A stretch of DNA of 64,000 nt, taken from the NCBI GenBank assembly GCA_035762545.1, contig DASTOM010000005.1, positions 5,026-69,025 on the forward strand, given 5' to 3'. Source of the DNA: Acidimicrobiia bacterium. Its GTDB lineage: Bacteria; Actinomycetota; Acidimicrobiia; Spongiisociales; ZC4RG35. Of this stretch, positions 26,641-36,473 are shown in pieces. The notes under the pieces were generated by a model, which saw only the letters and a list, made by a program, of their open reading frames with translations, was not told the origin of the DNA and did not search any database. Position 1 is the first letter of the stretch. Every line of letters begins with the position of its first letter. The position numbers were made by a program, and so were the translations under genes.

Positions 26641-27819
26641 CTAGACCACCAGGACGATGGCCGCTGCGTCCCCGGCCGGCTCCTCTTCGGCGTGCTCCTC
26701 ACCCCCACCGGTGTAGAGCAACACCGAGATGACGATGACGAGGACCGCACCGATCCCGAGCAGCGCCCAGATCACATCGCCGAACGTGATCCTCATGTCT
26801 GGCTTGCTCCCGGCCAGGGCGGCGAATCCCAGGATCCCACCCGCAGCGAGGATGGCGACGACGGCGCCACCGATACCCGGTGCGAGGTGGTTCGACTGGA
26901 TCAGCGCGTAGGCGAATGGGAGCACCAGGACCAGGAGGAGGATGAGACCCACGATCGGAATGCTCAATGCCCCGCCCAGACGGCCCTTGACTGCGGTGAC
27001 CTCCTCCGAGTCGGTGTCGTCGACCGCGACGGGGACACCCAGGAACTGTGGCACCAGCGCGGTCAGGGCACCAAGAACCGCACCACCGATCACCATGACG
27101 AACAGGGTGGGCAGCACGGGGAGTTGAACCAGGGCGGGGTCGGAGTTCTCGACAGGTGTCCCGAAGCTGTTGAGCAGTGCTCCTCCGACGACGCCGAGAA
27201 TCAACCCGATGGCGGCGCCCAGCCAGGCGGTCCCGCCTTTGGAATTCCGCAGTTGCATCGCAGGATTGGTCCATGCGGTGGCGGCCCGGGACACACCGGC
27301 GACGATCGCACCGAAGACGATGCTGACGAGCGCTGCTCCGATGAGAATGCCGGTCGGGTTGACCTGAACCACAGGTCCACCCTCGGCCATGATCGTGGTG
27401 TTCGGAGCCCAGAACGCGGCCGCCACCAGAAAGCCGATGACACCCAGTGCCGCCCCGGTCCAGGCACCGACACGAACAGCCGTCTTGATTCGAGTGCCCA
27501 TCGACACCGGTTCCAGTGGTGCCTCCGATTCCGGCTCCCATGTAGTTGGCGCCGCAACCGGGGCAACCGGCTCTTCGATGACCGCAACGGCGGCGGCGAC
27601 GGGCTCGGCCTCCGCAGCTGGCTCCGGCTCGTTGGTTTCAGCCGGGGCCTCGGGCTCGGGTGCCGCGGTGGTCGGTGCGGGCGCAGCGGCGCCTCCCGAC
27701 CACGCTGCGTAAAGGTCGTCTATCGAGACCCCGTCCGCCGCGGCGCGGGCGGCTGCGGAACGTTGCGCCAGTTCAGGTGGGATTCCGAGGGCGGCGCCTG
27801 CCGCCTGAGCGTCACTCAC
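26641..27819 (-). CDS. Hypothetical integral membrane protein with Ala/Pro/Glu-rich N-terminal region
   Basis: 392 aa. Low-complexity N-terminus, then at least 8 hydrophobic helices. Coding-like GC3. No family recognised. Confidence 0.45.
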   Translation of the reverse strand: MSDAQAAGAALGIPPELAQRSAAARAAADGVSIDDLYAAWSGGAAAPAPTTAAPEPEAPAETNEPEPAAEAEPVAAAVAVIEEPVAPVAAPTTWEPESEAPLEPVSMGTRIKTAVRVGAWTGAALGVIGFLVAAAFWAPNTTIMAEGGPVVQVNPTGILIGAALVSIVFGAIVAGVSRAATAWTNPAMQLRNSKGGTAWLGAAIGLILGVVGGALLNSFGTPVENSDPALVQLPVLPTLFVMVIGGAVLGALTALVPQFLGVPVAVDDTDSEEVTAVKGRLGGALSIPIVGLILLLVLVLPFAYALIQSNHLAPGIGGAVVAILAAGGILGFAALAGSKPDMRITFGDVIWALLGIGAVLVIVISVLLYTGGGEEHAEEEPAGDAAAIVLVV

Positions 27820-27864
27820 GGTCGGGGATGCTAGTGGTCTTGAATCTGGTCAAACAGCCGGACC

Positions 27865-28647
27865 TCAGGCGGCGTTTCGCTCATCCCGCCATGCCAGCCA
27901 GTCGTTCACGGGGGCCAGGTCGTAGCCGCCGTCTCCGTCGAACCCGAGCGTGATCATCGAGGCGCCGGCGTCGATCAGGTCGTCACCTAGCTCTGGCTTC
28001 CTCGGGCTGGCCCCACAAGAACGCTCGATCTCGCCCGGGTCCCGCCCGATGTCGGCGCAGTGCCGGTCGAGCACGGCGTTCTTGTGGCGGATCACATCGG
28101 GGCCACCGAAGCCGTGCCAGATGTCGGCGTGTTCGGCGGTGTATCGGAGGGTCTTCTTCTCGCCGCCACCACCGATGAGGACGGGGATGTCGCGGGTGGG
28201 GGCGGGATGCAGCTTGGCCCAGCGGGCCTCGATTCGGGGTAGCGCCTGTCGGAGGTCGGCGAGCCGGTCGCCCGCCGTTCCGAACTCGTAGCCGTACTCG
28301 TTGTAATCCCGTTCGAACCAGCCGGCTCCGATTCCCAGGATAAGCCTGCCATTCGAAGCGTGGTCCACCGTCCGGGCCATGTCGGCGAGCAGGTCGGGGT
28401 TGCGGTAGCTGTTGCAGGTCACGAGGGCACCGATCTCCACGCGTTCGGTGACTTCGGCCCAGGACCCGAGCATGGTCCAGCACTCGAAGTGCTTCCCGTT
28501 GGGCTCGCCGTAGAGCGGATAGAAGTGGTCCCAATTGAAGATGACATCCACCCCCATCTCCTCACCTCTGACCACGGCGTCCCTGATCTGGCTGTAATCG
28601 GCGTGTTGGGGTTGAAGTTGCAGGGCGATGCGAATGGAACGGGTCAT
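27865..28647 (-). CDS. LLM-class (luciferase-like) F420/flavin-dependent oxidoreductase
   Basis: 'RLILGIGAGWFERDYNEYGYEF' is typical of the LLM TIM-barrel family. 260 aa. Confidence 0.75.
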   Translation of the reverse strand: MTRSIRIALQLQPQHADYSQIRDAVVRGEEMGVDVIFNWDHFYPLYGEPNGKHFECWTMLGSWAEVTERVEIGALVTCNSYRNPDLLADMARTVDHASNGRLILGIGAGWFERDYNEYGYEFGTAGDRLADLRQALPRIEARWAKLHPAPTRDIPVLIGGGGEKKTLRYTAEHADIWHGFGGPDVIRHKNAVLDRHCADIGRDPGEIERSCGASPRKPELGDDLIDAGASMITLGFDGDGGYDLAPVNDWLAWRDERNAA

Positions 28648-28675
28648 GGAGGTCTCCGGTGTCGGGATCCCGACC

Positions 28676-29815
28676 TTAGATCCCGTACAGCGTGTCGACG
28701 ATCAGCTCGTCCACCACGGTCTGGAGCGCTTCGTGCTCCGAAGCACCGCCCTCGAGTGCCGCCTCGTATGCGGCGACTTGACGGTGGGCGCTCGTCCCTT
28801 CGGTGACGATCGACCGGGCCCGTCTGACCTCGTCACCGGCATCCAGTTCCACCGCGTCCTGCGCGACGAGCTCGATCATCTCCTCGATCAGGTCGACGAA
28901 GGGGACGAGGGCACCCTTGCCGAAGTCGACGAGAGACCCCTCGACCCCGTACCGCTGTGCCCTCCACACGTTCTCGTCGATCATGCCGGGCGAATACACC
29001 CTCCAACGCTGGTTGTTGCGTCGGAGCCGGTAGAGAAATCCGAGGAGGCACTGGTACAGGGCGGCAACCGTGATGGCGTCGTCGAGACGGGTGCAGACAT
29101 CGCTGATCCGCATCTCGAGGGTCGGGTACCGGCTCGATGGCCGGATGTCCCACCACAGCTTGGAGGCATCCTCGATGAGGCCCGCGCTCACCAGGATCTC
29201 GACGTATCTCTCGTACTCCGACCACGAGTCGAACTCCTCCGGCATGCCGGTTCGGGGCAGGTTCTGGAAAATGACGAGGCGGTATGCGTTCAACCCGGTG
29301 AGGGCGCCGTCCCAGAACGGCGAGGAGGTCGACAGAGCGAGCAGGTGGGGCAGGAAGTATCTCGCCTGGTTCATCAGGTCGATGCGGAGGTGATTGTCGG
29401 CGACTCCGACATGCACATGCATGCCACAGATCACCAACTGTCTCGCCACCTGCTGATAGTCGGCGCGTATCCGCATGTATCGCGGGTCGTTCGTCGTCTC
29501 TTGGTTCGCCCAGTTGGCGAAGGGATGGGTCGACGAGGCGATGATCGCAGCCCCGTACTCGCTGACGACCTCGGACAGGTCCCGACGCAGGTTGGCGAGG
29601 TCCTCGCGCGCCTCTGACACCTTGGCGCACACTTTCGTTCCGACCTCGATCTGTGCTTGCAGGAACTCCTGGGTGACCTGTGAGCCGAGCACCTCACCGA
29701 GTGCGTCCCACATCTCCTGTGGTGGCTGCTCGAAGAGGTCCCTGGTCTCACGATCGACGACGAGGTACTCCTCCTCGATCCCGATCGTGAACTCTGGCCG
29801 CTCGATCATGACCAT
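28676..29815 (-). CDS. ybdK: Glutamate-cysteine ligase family 2 (GCS2) carboxylate-amine ligase, YbdK-type
   Basis: 'FTIGIEEEYLVVD' N-terminus and 'ICGMHVHVGV' are both typical of GCS2/YbdK. 379 aa. Confidence 0.8.
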   Translation of the reverse strand: MVMIERPEFTIGIEEEYLVVDRETRDLFEQPPQEMWDALGEVLGSQVTQEFLQAQIEVGTKVCAKVSEAREDLANLRRDLSEVVSEYGAAIIASSTHPFANWANQETTNDPRYMRIRADYQQVARQLVICGMHVHVGVADNHLRIDLMNQARYFLPHLLALSTSSPFWDGALTGLNAYRLVIFQNLPRTGMPEEFDSWSEYERYVEILVSAGLIEDASKLWWDIRPSSRYPTLEMRISDVCTRLDDAITVAALYQCLLGFLYRLRRNNQRWRVYSPGMIDENVWRAQRYGVEGSLVDFGKGALVPFVDLIEEMIELVAQDAVELDAGDEVRRARSIVTEGTSAHRQVAAYEAALEGGASEHEALQTVVDELIVDTLYGI

Positions 29816-29918
29816 AGAGGTTAGGGATCAGACCCGCGCTTCACCTCCTCCCATCGAGCCTCACCAGCGGCCGATTCTCGGGACCCTGTGCAGGCTCGAC
29901 GCGAGAAACCCACGACCG

Positions 29919-30545
29919 TCAGTCGCGCAACAGACCCTGTCTTGCAGCTTCGCACGCCGCCCGCACGTGGCACCCCTCCAGGTGGTCGTTGACGAGACCC
30001 ATGGCCTGCATGAACGCGTAGACGGTGGTCGGGCCAACGAAGGTCCAACCCCGTTTCTTGAGGTCCTTGGACAGCGCGGTCGACGTTGGTGTAGTCGAAG
30101 GAATCTCTCCCGGTGGAGTGTCGTCGGTGTCCGCCCACGACCAGAAGTAGGTAGCCAGGGACCCGTGCTCGTTCACGACCTCGAGGGCACGTCCCGCATT
30201 GTTGATGGTCGATCGGATCTTGCCCTGATGACGCACGATGCCGGCGTCGTTTAGCAGCCTCAGGACGTCCTGGTCGTCGTATCGGGTTACCACGTCGGGA
30301 TCGAAGTCGTCGAACGCGGCCCGGAAATTGTCACGTTTTCGGAGGATCGTCAGCCACGACAGACCAGCCTGGAAGCCCTCGAGACAGATCTTCTCGAACA
30401 GACGGTGGTCGTCGGTAGTCGGCCGGCCCCACTCGTCGTCGTGATAGAGGCGGTAGATCTCCGGCTCAGCCCCCCACCAGCAGCGAGGAAAACCGTCGTC
30501 TCCAACCGTCAGAGTGTGTATTGGGCCACCATCGTCGGGCAACAT
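29919..30545 (-). CDS. tag: DNA-3-methyladenine glycosylase I
   Basis: 'RCWWGAEPEIYRLYHDDEWGRP...LFEKICLEGFQAGLSWLTIL' matches the Tag family. Start is the internal ATG (rc at 30543-30545). The upstream Arg-rich extension of the ORF is discarded. Confidence 0.85.
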   Translation of the reverse strand: MLPDDGGPIHTLTVGDDGFPRCWWGAEPEIYRLYHDDEWGRPTTDDHRLFEKICLEGFQAGLSWLTILRKRDNFRAAFDDFDPDVVTRYDDQDVLRLLNDAGIVRHQGKIRSTINNAGRALEVVNEHGSLATYFWSWADTDDTPPGEIPSTTPTSTALSKDLKKRGWTFVGPTTVYAFMQAMGLVNDHLEGCHVRAACEAARQGLLRD

Positions 30546-30595
30546 AACCCCTCGATGAGGTTCATATGACAGCAAGGTCTCGTGACAGCCTGCCG

Positions 30596-31777
30596 ATGGG
30601 GGTAGTGGGGGGAGGGATCCTCGGATTGGCGATCGGACGCGAGTTGACCCGTCGGTTCGCGGGGACGGAGGTCGTGATCTTCGAGAAGGAGCAGGAGCTG
30701 GCCACCCACCAGACCGGACACAACTCGGGGGTGGTCCACGCAGGGATCTATTACAAGCCCGGGTCGCTGAAGGCGAATCTCTGCACCCGCGGTCGAGAGA
30801 TTCTTCGTGAGTACTGCTTCGAGAAAGGTCTCCCCTACGAGGAGTGCGGCAAGCTGGTCGTTGCCGTCGAGGAAGCCGAAATAGGGCGTCTCGACCGTCT
30901 CGAGGAGACCGCGACCCAGAACCAGGTACCCGGTCTGCGACGTGTCGATCGGACCGGGATCGTCGAGATCGAGCCACATGCCACCGGACTCGCTGCGCTG
31001 CACTCTCCAGCCACCGCGATCACCGATTTCGTGGCAATCGCGAATTCCTATGCCGCCGATATCGAGAGCGCCGGAGGTCAGATCCTCACCTCGGCCGAAG
31101 TGGTGGGGATCGAGCGGAGAACCGATCGGATCGTGGTGCGAACGGCGACGTCCTCACACGAGGTGGCTCGTCTCGTGATCTGCGCCGGGCTCCATTCGGA
31201 TCGGGTGGCTCAGCCGGTCGATGGCCATGACGAACCGAGGATCGTGCCGTTCCGCGGCGAGTACATGAAGGTCGTCGACTCGAAACGTGACCTGGTTCGC
31301 GGGCTGATCTACCCGGTTCCCGATCCCCGGTACCCGTTTCTCGGAGTCCACTTCACAACGATGGTCTCCGGTGACCTCGAGGTAGGGCCCAACGCAGTGC
31401 TCGCCCTGAAACGGGAGGGCTATTCACGCCGGGGTATGAGCTTCACCGACGTGCGAGACACCCTGACGTTCCCGGGCTTTTGGCGTATGGCGGGTGCCAA
31501 CTGGCGGGCCGGGGTCGAAGAGGTGTGGGGGTCGATCTCGAAGAGGGCCTACATGAGGAAGGCGAGTCGATATGTCCCGGCGATCGGCCCTGACGATGTG
31601 GTCAGGGCGCGGGTCGGTGTGAGGGCCCAGGCCCTGGACCGGGATGGATCACTCGTCGACGATTTTCGCATCAATGACAACGATGGCGTGGTCAGTGTCC
31701 GGAACGCGCCATCGCCGGCGGCGACGTCCAGTCTCGCCATCGCCGAGTATGTCGTCGACAGGATGAAGGCCCTCTAG
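30596..31777 (+). CDS. lhgO: L-2-hydroxyglutarate oxidase / FAD-dependent oxidoreductase
   Basis: Dinucleotide-binding 'VVGGGILGLAIG' near the N-terminus. 'NAPSPAATSSLAIAE' near the C-terminus. The ORF could start at 30566. Confidence 0.75.
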   Translation: MGVVGGGILGLAIGRELTRRFAGTEVVIFEKEQELATHQTGHNSGVVHAGIYYKPGSLKANLCTRGREILREYCFEKGLPYEECGKLVVAVEEAEIGRLDRLEETATQNQVPGLRRVDRTGIVEIEPHATGLAALHSPATAITDFVAIANSYAADIESAGGQILTSAEVVGIERRTDRIVVRTATSSHEVARLVICAGLHSDRVAQPVDGHDEPRIVPFRGEYMKVVDSKRDLVRGLIYPVPDPRYPFLGVHFTTMVSGDLEVGPNAVLALKREGYSRRGMSFTDVRDTLTFPGFWRMAGANWRAGVEEVWGSISKRAYMRKASRYVPAIGPDDVVRARVGVRAQALDRDGSLVDDFRINDNDGVVSVRNAPSPAATSSLAIAEYVVDRMKAL

Positions 31778-32757
31778 GCGAAAGCCGGCATCACCTCACG
31801 AGCAAACAGCTCGACACTGCTCCGGTCATATGCGATGTCGGCGAACTGCACGATGGCGTATCCGAGCCCGGCACTTTCGAAATCCTTCAGCTCGGCCACG
31901 ATCTGCTCCGGAGTTCCCGAGGTGGAATCGAACATCTTGGCGAACCGGTCGGCTGCCGGTTCGGGGACGTACTGGGCGAGGTGGCGGTGTAGCCAGGCCT
32001 TCTTCTCGTTCACCGCATCGTCGGTCTCCGCGCAGAGGATGTTGAAGTTGGCCGACCGGATGATCCCGTCGAAGTCCGTCCCCACGTCGGCGCAGTGGCC
32101 CCTGAGTATCTCCGACTTGTTCTTGAACAAGTCGAGGTTGTCTCCGCCGAAGTTCGTGTACTGGGCGTAGCGGGCCGCGATGTTGAGGGTGACCTTCTCA
32201 CCACCGCCGGCGATCCAGAGTGGGATGTGGGGCTTCTGGAGACCTTTGGGCTGGTTTATCGCACCCTTCAGCGTGTAGTACTCGCCCTCGTAGTCGACGA
32301 CGTCTTCGGTCCACATCGCCCGCATGATCTCGACGCCCTCGCGAAGCATCCCGAGACGACCTCCCGGCGACTTGAACTCGTAGCCGTAGCCATCGTGCTC
32401 GTGCTCATACCAACCTGCACCGATGCCCATCTCGAGGCGTCCTCCCGAGATGACATCGATTGACGAGGCGACCTTCGCCAGATAGGACGGTGGCCGGTAG
32501 GTGTTGCAGGTGCACATCTGACCGAGCCTGATGTTCTCGGTGGTGGCAGCGAGGGCGGCCATGAGCGTCCATGCCTCGTAGGTGACCTCCTGGGTCGGTT
32601 CGGGCACCGTGTGAAAGTGGTCATAGACCCATGCCGAGGCGAAGCCGAGGGACTCGAGGTCGTTGGCGATGCCGAGCATCGTCGACCAATGATCTTCGAG
32701 CGGGATGCCGGAGAGGGTGATCCTCCAGCCTTGCGGTACAAAAGCTCCAAACTGCAT
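31774..32757 (-). CDS. LLM-class F420-dependent oxidoreductase
   Basis: 'RLEMGIGAGWYEHEHDGYGYEF' plus the N-terminal 'MQFGAFVPQGW' pattern of the F420-dependent LLM subgroup. 327 aa. Confidence 0.8.
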   Translation of the reverse strand: MQFGAFVPQGWRITLSGIPLEDHWSTMLGIANDLESLGFASAWVYDHFHTVPEPTQEVTYEAWTLMAALAATTENIRLGQMCTCNTYRPPSYLAKVASSIDVISGGRLEMGIGAGWYEHEHDGYGYEFKSPGGRLGMLREGVEIMRAMWTEDVVDYEGEYYTLKGAINQPKGLQKPHIPLWIAGGGEKVTLNIAARYAQYTNFGGDNLDLFKNKSEILRGHCADVGTDFDGIIRSANFNILCAETDDAVNEKKAWLHRHLAQYVPEPAADRFAKMFDSTSGTPEQIVAELKDFESAGLGYAIVQFADIAYDRSSVELFAREVMPAFA

Positions 32758-32810
32758 GAGGCGACCCTAGCTCCGGCCATTTACCCCTCGTTAGCGGGGG
32801 AATTCCTACC

Positions 32811-34352
32811 TTGATCCAAGTGAAGTCGACCCGTATCCGTGACGCACTCTCCGGTGCCCTCGCCGCAGCGCTGGCTCTCGGTATTTCCGAGCTGATTGCC
32901 GGACTGATTCCAAGCGCCCCCTCGCTCGTCGAAGGTCTCGGCACCTGGGTCATCGACAACGTTCCCCCCGCGGTGAAAGAGTGGGCGATCTCCATCTTCG
33001 GCACGGCGGACAAGCTGGTTCTGCTGATCAGCATCTCTGTGGTCACGATCGTCATCGGTGCTGTCGTCGGTGTCGTGGCCCGGTCCCGATTCTGGATCGC
33101 AGCTTTGGTCTTCAGCGGATTCGGTGTGTTCGCCGTACTGGCTGCGATGCGTGACCCGCAGGTCGACGTCGTCGGCGCTGTGGTCCCGGCCGTTGTCGCC
33201 GTGATCGTGGGTCTGGCCACTCTGCGCATGCTGTACAGCCTGTCCGAGGAGCCCGTGGAGTCCGACACGTCGAAGCGCAGGTTCATCGTGGGCGCCGGAG
33301 CGGTCCTGGGCGTGGCCGCGCTATCGGCAGGGTTCGGGCGGATGCTCGTCGAGAGTGCGAAACGAGCCGTCGCCGGACGCTCGGAGGTCATCCTGCCCAC
33401 CGCCGCCGAGATGCTCCCCCCTGTGCCCGCCGCGGCGAGTTTCGACGTGGCCGGGATAACTCCGATCATCGTGCCGAATGCGGATTTCTACCGCATCGAC
33501 ACCGCACTCTCGATACCCCGTATCGACCTCCAGGAATGGACACTGAGTGTCACCGGAATGGTCGACCGTCCGTACACGATCGGATACGCGGAATTGCTCG
33601 ACATGCGAATGGTGGAGCGGGACGTGACACTTTCGTGCGTCTCGAACCGGGTCGGGGGCGGCCTGGTAGGGAACGCCCGCTGGCAGGGAGTCCCCCTCAA
33701 GGAGATCCTCGATCGGGCCGGTGTCACCGAGGGCGCAGAGCAACTCGTCGGACGCTCGGTGGACGAATTCACGGTCGGGTTCCCGGTGGAAGCGGTTTAC
33801 GACGGCCGCGAGGCGCTGGTGGCGGTGGCCATGAACGACGAGCCACTGCCCTTCGAGCACGGTTTCCCGGCGCGTCTGGTCGTCGCCGGGCTCTACGGCT
33901 ACGTCTCGGCGACGAAGTGGCTGTCCCAGATCGAACTCACGACCTGGGACGGATTCGACGCCTATTGGGTGCCGAGAGGGTGGGCCAAGGAGGCCCCAAT
34001 CAAGACCCAATCCCGTATCGACACACCCACGGCATCGGACGAGATCTACCCCGGAGCCAACGTCGTCGCCGGAGTCGCCTGGGCGCCGAATCGTGGAATC
34101 TCCCGTGTCGAGGTCCAACTCGGCGAGGACGCCGAATGGGTGGAAGCCGACCTGTCGGCACCGCTGTCCGAGGACTCGTGGGTGCAGTGGAAAGTGGACT
34201 GGGACATCCCCGAGCCCGGCCCGTATGTCGTCACGTGTCGGGCTACCGACGGCGACGGTGTCACCCAGACCGGTGAGATCGCGCCACCCGCGCCCGATGG
34301 CGCCACCGGCTGGCACAGCGCCCGACTCATCGTGGCCGACCGGGAGGCCTGA
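32811..34352 (+). CDS. Membrane-anchored molybdopterin-dependent oxidoreductase (sulfite oxidase / MsrP-like fold)
   Basis: N-terminal multi-TM domain, then the Mo-domain with Cys ligand 'LSCVSNRVGG...WQGVPLKEIL' and an Ig-like dimerisation domain. 513 aa. Confidence 0.8.
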   Translation: MIQVKSTRIRDALSGALAAALALGISELIAGLIPSAPSLVEGLGTWVIDNVPPAVKEWAISIFGTADKLVLLISISVVTIVIGAVVGVVARSRFWIAALVFSGFGVFAVLAAMRDPQVDVVGAVVPAVVAVIVGLATLRMLYSLSEEPVESDTSKRRFIVGAGAVLGVAALSAGFGRMLVESAKRAVAGRSEVILPTAAEMLPPVPAAASFDVAGITPIIVPNADFYRIDTALSIPRIDLQEWTLSVTGMVDRPYTIGYAELLDMRMVERDVTLSCVSNRVGGGLVGNARWQGVPLKEILDRAGVTEGAEQLVGRSVDEFTVGFPVEAVYDGREALVAVAMNDEPLPFEHGFPARLVVAGLYGYVSATKWLSQIELTTWDGFDAYWVPRGWAKEAPIKTQSRIDTPTASDEIYPGANVVAGVAWAPNRGISRVEVQLGEDAEWVEADLSAPLSEDSWVQWKVDWDIPEPGPYVVTCRATDGDGVTQTGEIAPPAPDGATGWHSARLIVADREA

Positions 34353-34355
34353 GAC

Positions 34356-35315
34356 TCAGTCGGACTGGTCGACGGCCGAGATAGCCCAGGCAAGACCCGC
34401 ATCGGGGTCCTCGCTGGCGAGCCGCAATTCCCATCCGGTCCCGGGTGACCCGTCATCGAACCAGTTGAAACGGAGACGCCCGACCGCGGCTCCGATCTCG
34501 TCGGCGTCGGGCGGCCAGTCCAGATCGGCGAGGGCGGCTATGGCGTACCAGGCACCGAACCGCCCGGCCGCGGAGCCCCGACGTCGGCCGTGGGCACCAC
34601 CCGAGCTGCCGGCCCATCCCATCCACGCCAGCGCCTCGGCGCCGCTCATCGGCGCCATCCGGGCAGTAGACAGCCCCAATGCGCGCACGGCTGCGCCGGC
34701 GTCACCTTCGACCGTCGCCACCACTGCGCGCCCGTTCGACTCGGTCACCCAGGGCTGAACCAGATCGGAGAGGGCACCCTCGGAATGCGGGTCTTCGATC
34801 GTTGTCGCCTTCTCCGGGAGGTCGACAGGCGACGCTCCCGGAATCGGAGGCGACGGGGCATCGATCTTGTCTGCCTTGTAGGTCGCCACCGGGTAGCTCG
34901 GCTCCCATTCGAGGAGGCGGCCCGGCAACTCGAAGGACACACCGACCTCGTCTCCCCTGATCACTCTCTCCGCGGCAACGACCCCGCGCCAGGGACCGTC
35001 GTCGAGATGGGGCTCGAGCTCGTTCCAGGTCTTGGTGGAGGCGGCCACTTCGGGAAGAGGGCCGAGGGCGAAACGGGCCACCCCTTCGCTGACGGCGGCG
35101 CCGGCCCATTTTCCGGGAGCCTCGAGAGCGAGGCGGTAGCGGATGTGCTCCTCGACTCCCCAGAGCTGCTTGCCCCGGCCGACCGCTTCGCGGCATCGGA
35201 GCTTGAGCTCGACCAGGTCGTCCCACTGGTGGTTCTCGCAGAGACCGTCGATCACTCTGATCAGCTCGTCGGTGTTCGAGGTCTCGATGGCCTCCCCAGC
35301 TCTTGGGCTGATCAT
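34356..35315 (-). CDS. Hypothetical protein (conserved-looking, no family recognised)
   Basis: Starts at the internal ATG, whose rc overlaps the rhodanese stop (ATGA). The upstream Arg-rich 164 aa of the ORF is read-through and is discarded. Confidence 0.45.
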   Translation of the reverse strand: MISPRAGEAIETSNTDELIRVIDGLCENHQWDDLVELKLRCREAVGRGKQLWGVEEHIRYRLALEAPGKWAGAAVSEGVARFALGPLPEVAASTKTWNELEPHLDDGPWRGVVAAERVIRGDEVGVSFELPGRLLEWEPSYPVATYKADKIDAPSPPIPGASPVDLPEKATTIEDPHSEGALSDLVQPWVTESNGRAVVATVEGDAGAAVRALGLSTARMAPMSGAEALAWMGWAGSSGGAHGRRRGSAAGRFGAWYAIAALADLDWPPDADEIGAAVGRLRFNWFDDGSPGTGWELRLASEDPDAGLAWAISAVDQSD

Positions 35316-36106
35316 CCCGTTTCCACCGGGAAGTCCCGTCGCGACCACTCTGAGTACGAGCCCACGTACACGTCGGGCATCGGTCGCCCGGCTACGACCA
35401 TGGCCAGGGCGTTGTGACAGGCGGTCACGCCGCTCCCACAGGAGACGACCGCGCCGTCGGGGACGGCCCGGTAGAGGGCCTCGAGGCGGTCCGGGTCGAG
35501 AAAGCGGCCGTTGCCATCCAGATTCTTCGCAGTCGGCACATTGATCGCTCCGGGGATGTGGCCTGGCTTGGGATCCACGGGTTCGTAGTCCCCGCGGTAT
35601 CGCTCCGGCGCACGGGCGTCGACCACCAGGCGCTCGCTGAGACCGTCGTAGCCAGCCACTCCAGCGAACCGGAGCGGATCCGGATACTCCGTCGCCGCCA
35701 CAGTGACGTCGCCAACCTCGAGCGGTCCTTCTTCTGCTACCCAGGCCTCGAGGCCTCCATCGAGCAGCTGAACCCTTTCGTGGCCGATCGCACGGAGCAT
35801 CCACCACAGACGCGCAGCGATCGTCCCTGAGGTGTCGTCGTAGACGACCACGTGAGTCTCGGGTGCGATACCCAACCTGGTGAGAGTGACGGCGAAGTCA
35901 GCTGGGTTGGGGAGGGGATGACGACCGTCGAGTCCCGGTGGTGCCGAAAGGTCCCGGTCGAGGTCGACGAATACGGCACCGGGGATGTGCCCGGCCTCAT
36001 AGGTAGACCGCCCCTTGTTGGGGTCGGTCAGATCCCAACGCAGATCGCAGAGTCGGGGCGGTGGCGCGGCGCGCATCAACTCCAGCGGACTGATCAAGGG
36101 GTGCAC
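35312..36106 (-). CDS. Thiosulfate/3-mercaptopyruvate sulfurtransferase (two-domain rhodanese)
   Basis: Active-site 'VVSCGSGVTACH' in the C-terminal rhodanese domain. N-terminal 'LISPLEL...CDLRW'. GTG start at 36106. The ORF's N-terminal 80 aa is Arg-rich read-through. Confidence 0.75.
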   Translation of the reverse strand: MHPLISPLELMRAAPPPRLCDLRWDLTDPNKGRSTYEAGHIPGAVFVDLDRDLSAPPGLDGRHPLPNPADFAVTLTRLGIAPETHVVVYDDTSGTIAARLWWMLRAIGHERVQLLDGGLEAWVAEEGPLEVGDVTVAATEYPDPLRFAGVAGYDGLSERLVVDARAPERYRGDYEPVDPKPGHIPGAINVPTAKNLDGNGRFLDPDRLEALYRAVPDGAVVSCGSGVTACHNALAMVVAGRPMPDVYVGSYSEWSRRDFPVETG

Positions 36107-36113
36107 GATCCGG

Positions 36114-36473
36114 CTACTCCTCTTCGGAGCTGTCGGGCTTGGTGGGCTTCCACATCTCGTTTTCTCGGAGCTCGCTCCCGAGCTCCGCGATCGTGTTCCC
36201 GACCGCGGTTGCGAAAGCACTGCCGGCGTCTTTGAGCCGCTGACGGACTTCTGGATCCTGCAAGGCGGCCGAGACCGACCCTGCCACCTGATTCCACGCG
36301 CTGGCAAGTGTCCCGAAGGCGTCTTTGATCTCCTCTTCCGATGGACCCTCATCCGAGGCGGCCTTCCGGTAGGTGTCCTTCAGTTGGTCGCCGAGCTCGC
36401 TGAACTCCTCGTGAAACGTCGTCCACGGATCGCGCCGCGGTTCTGACGTAGGATCGTTCTCGTGCGTCTCCAC
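36114..36473 (-). CDS. Hypothetical small helical protein (start uncertain)
   Basis: C-terminal about 110 aa of ORF 36114..37319; the rest is antisense to the exonuclease gene. The sequence '...KDTYRKAASDEGPSEEEIKDAFGTLASAWNQVAGSV...' has coding-like GC3. Only the GTG at 36473 is available in-frame (or an internal GTG giving 54 aa). Confidence 0.3.
   Translation of the reverse strand: METHENDPTSEPRRDPWTTFHEEFSELGDQLKDTYRKAASDEGPSEEEIKDAFGTLASAWNQVAGSVSAALQDPEVRQRLKDAGSAFATAVGNTIAELGSELRENEMWKPTKPDSSEEE

Noticed and set aside
34356-36352. N-terminal Arg-rich extensions of ORFs 34356..35807, 35312..36352 and 29919..30977
   Set aside because: The extensions have Arg/Pro/Ser-dominated composition with no conserved motifs and would overlap upstream genes extensively. 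Starts were moved to internal ATG/GTG codons matching the conserved family N-termini.
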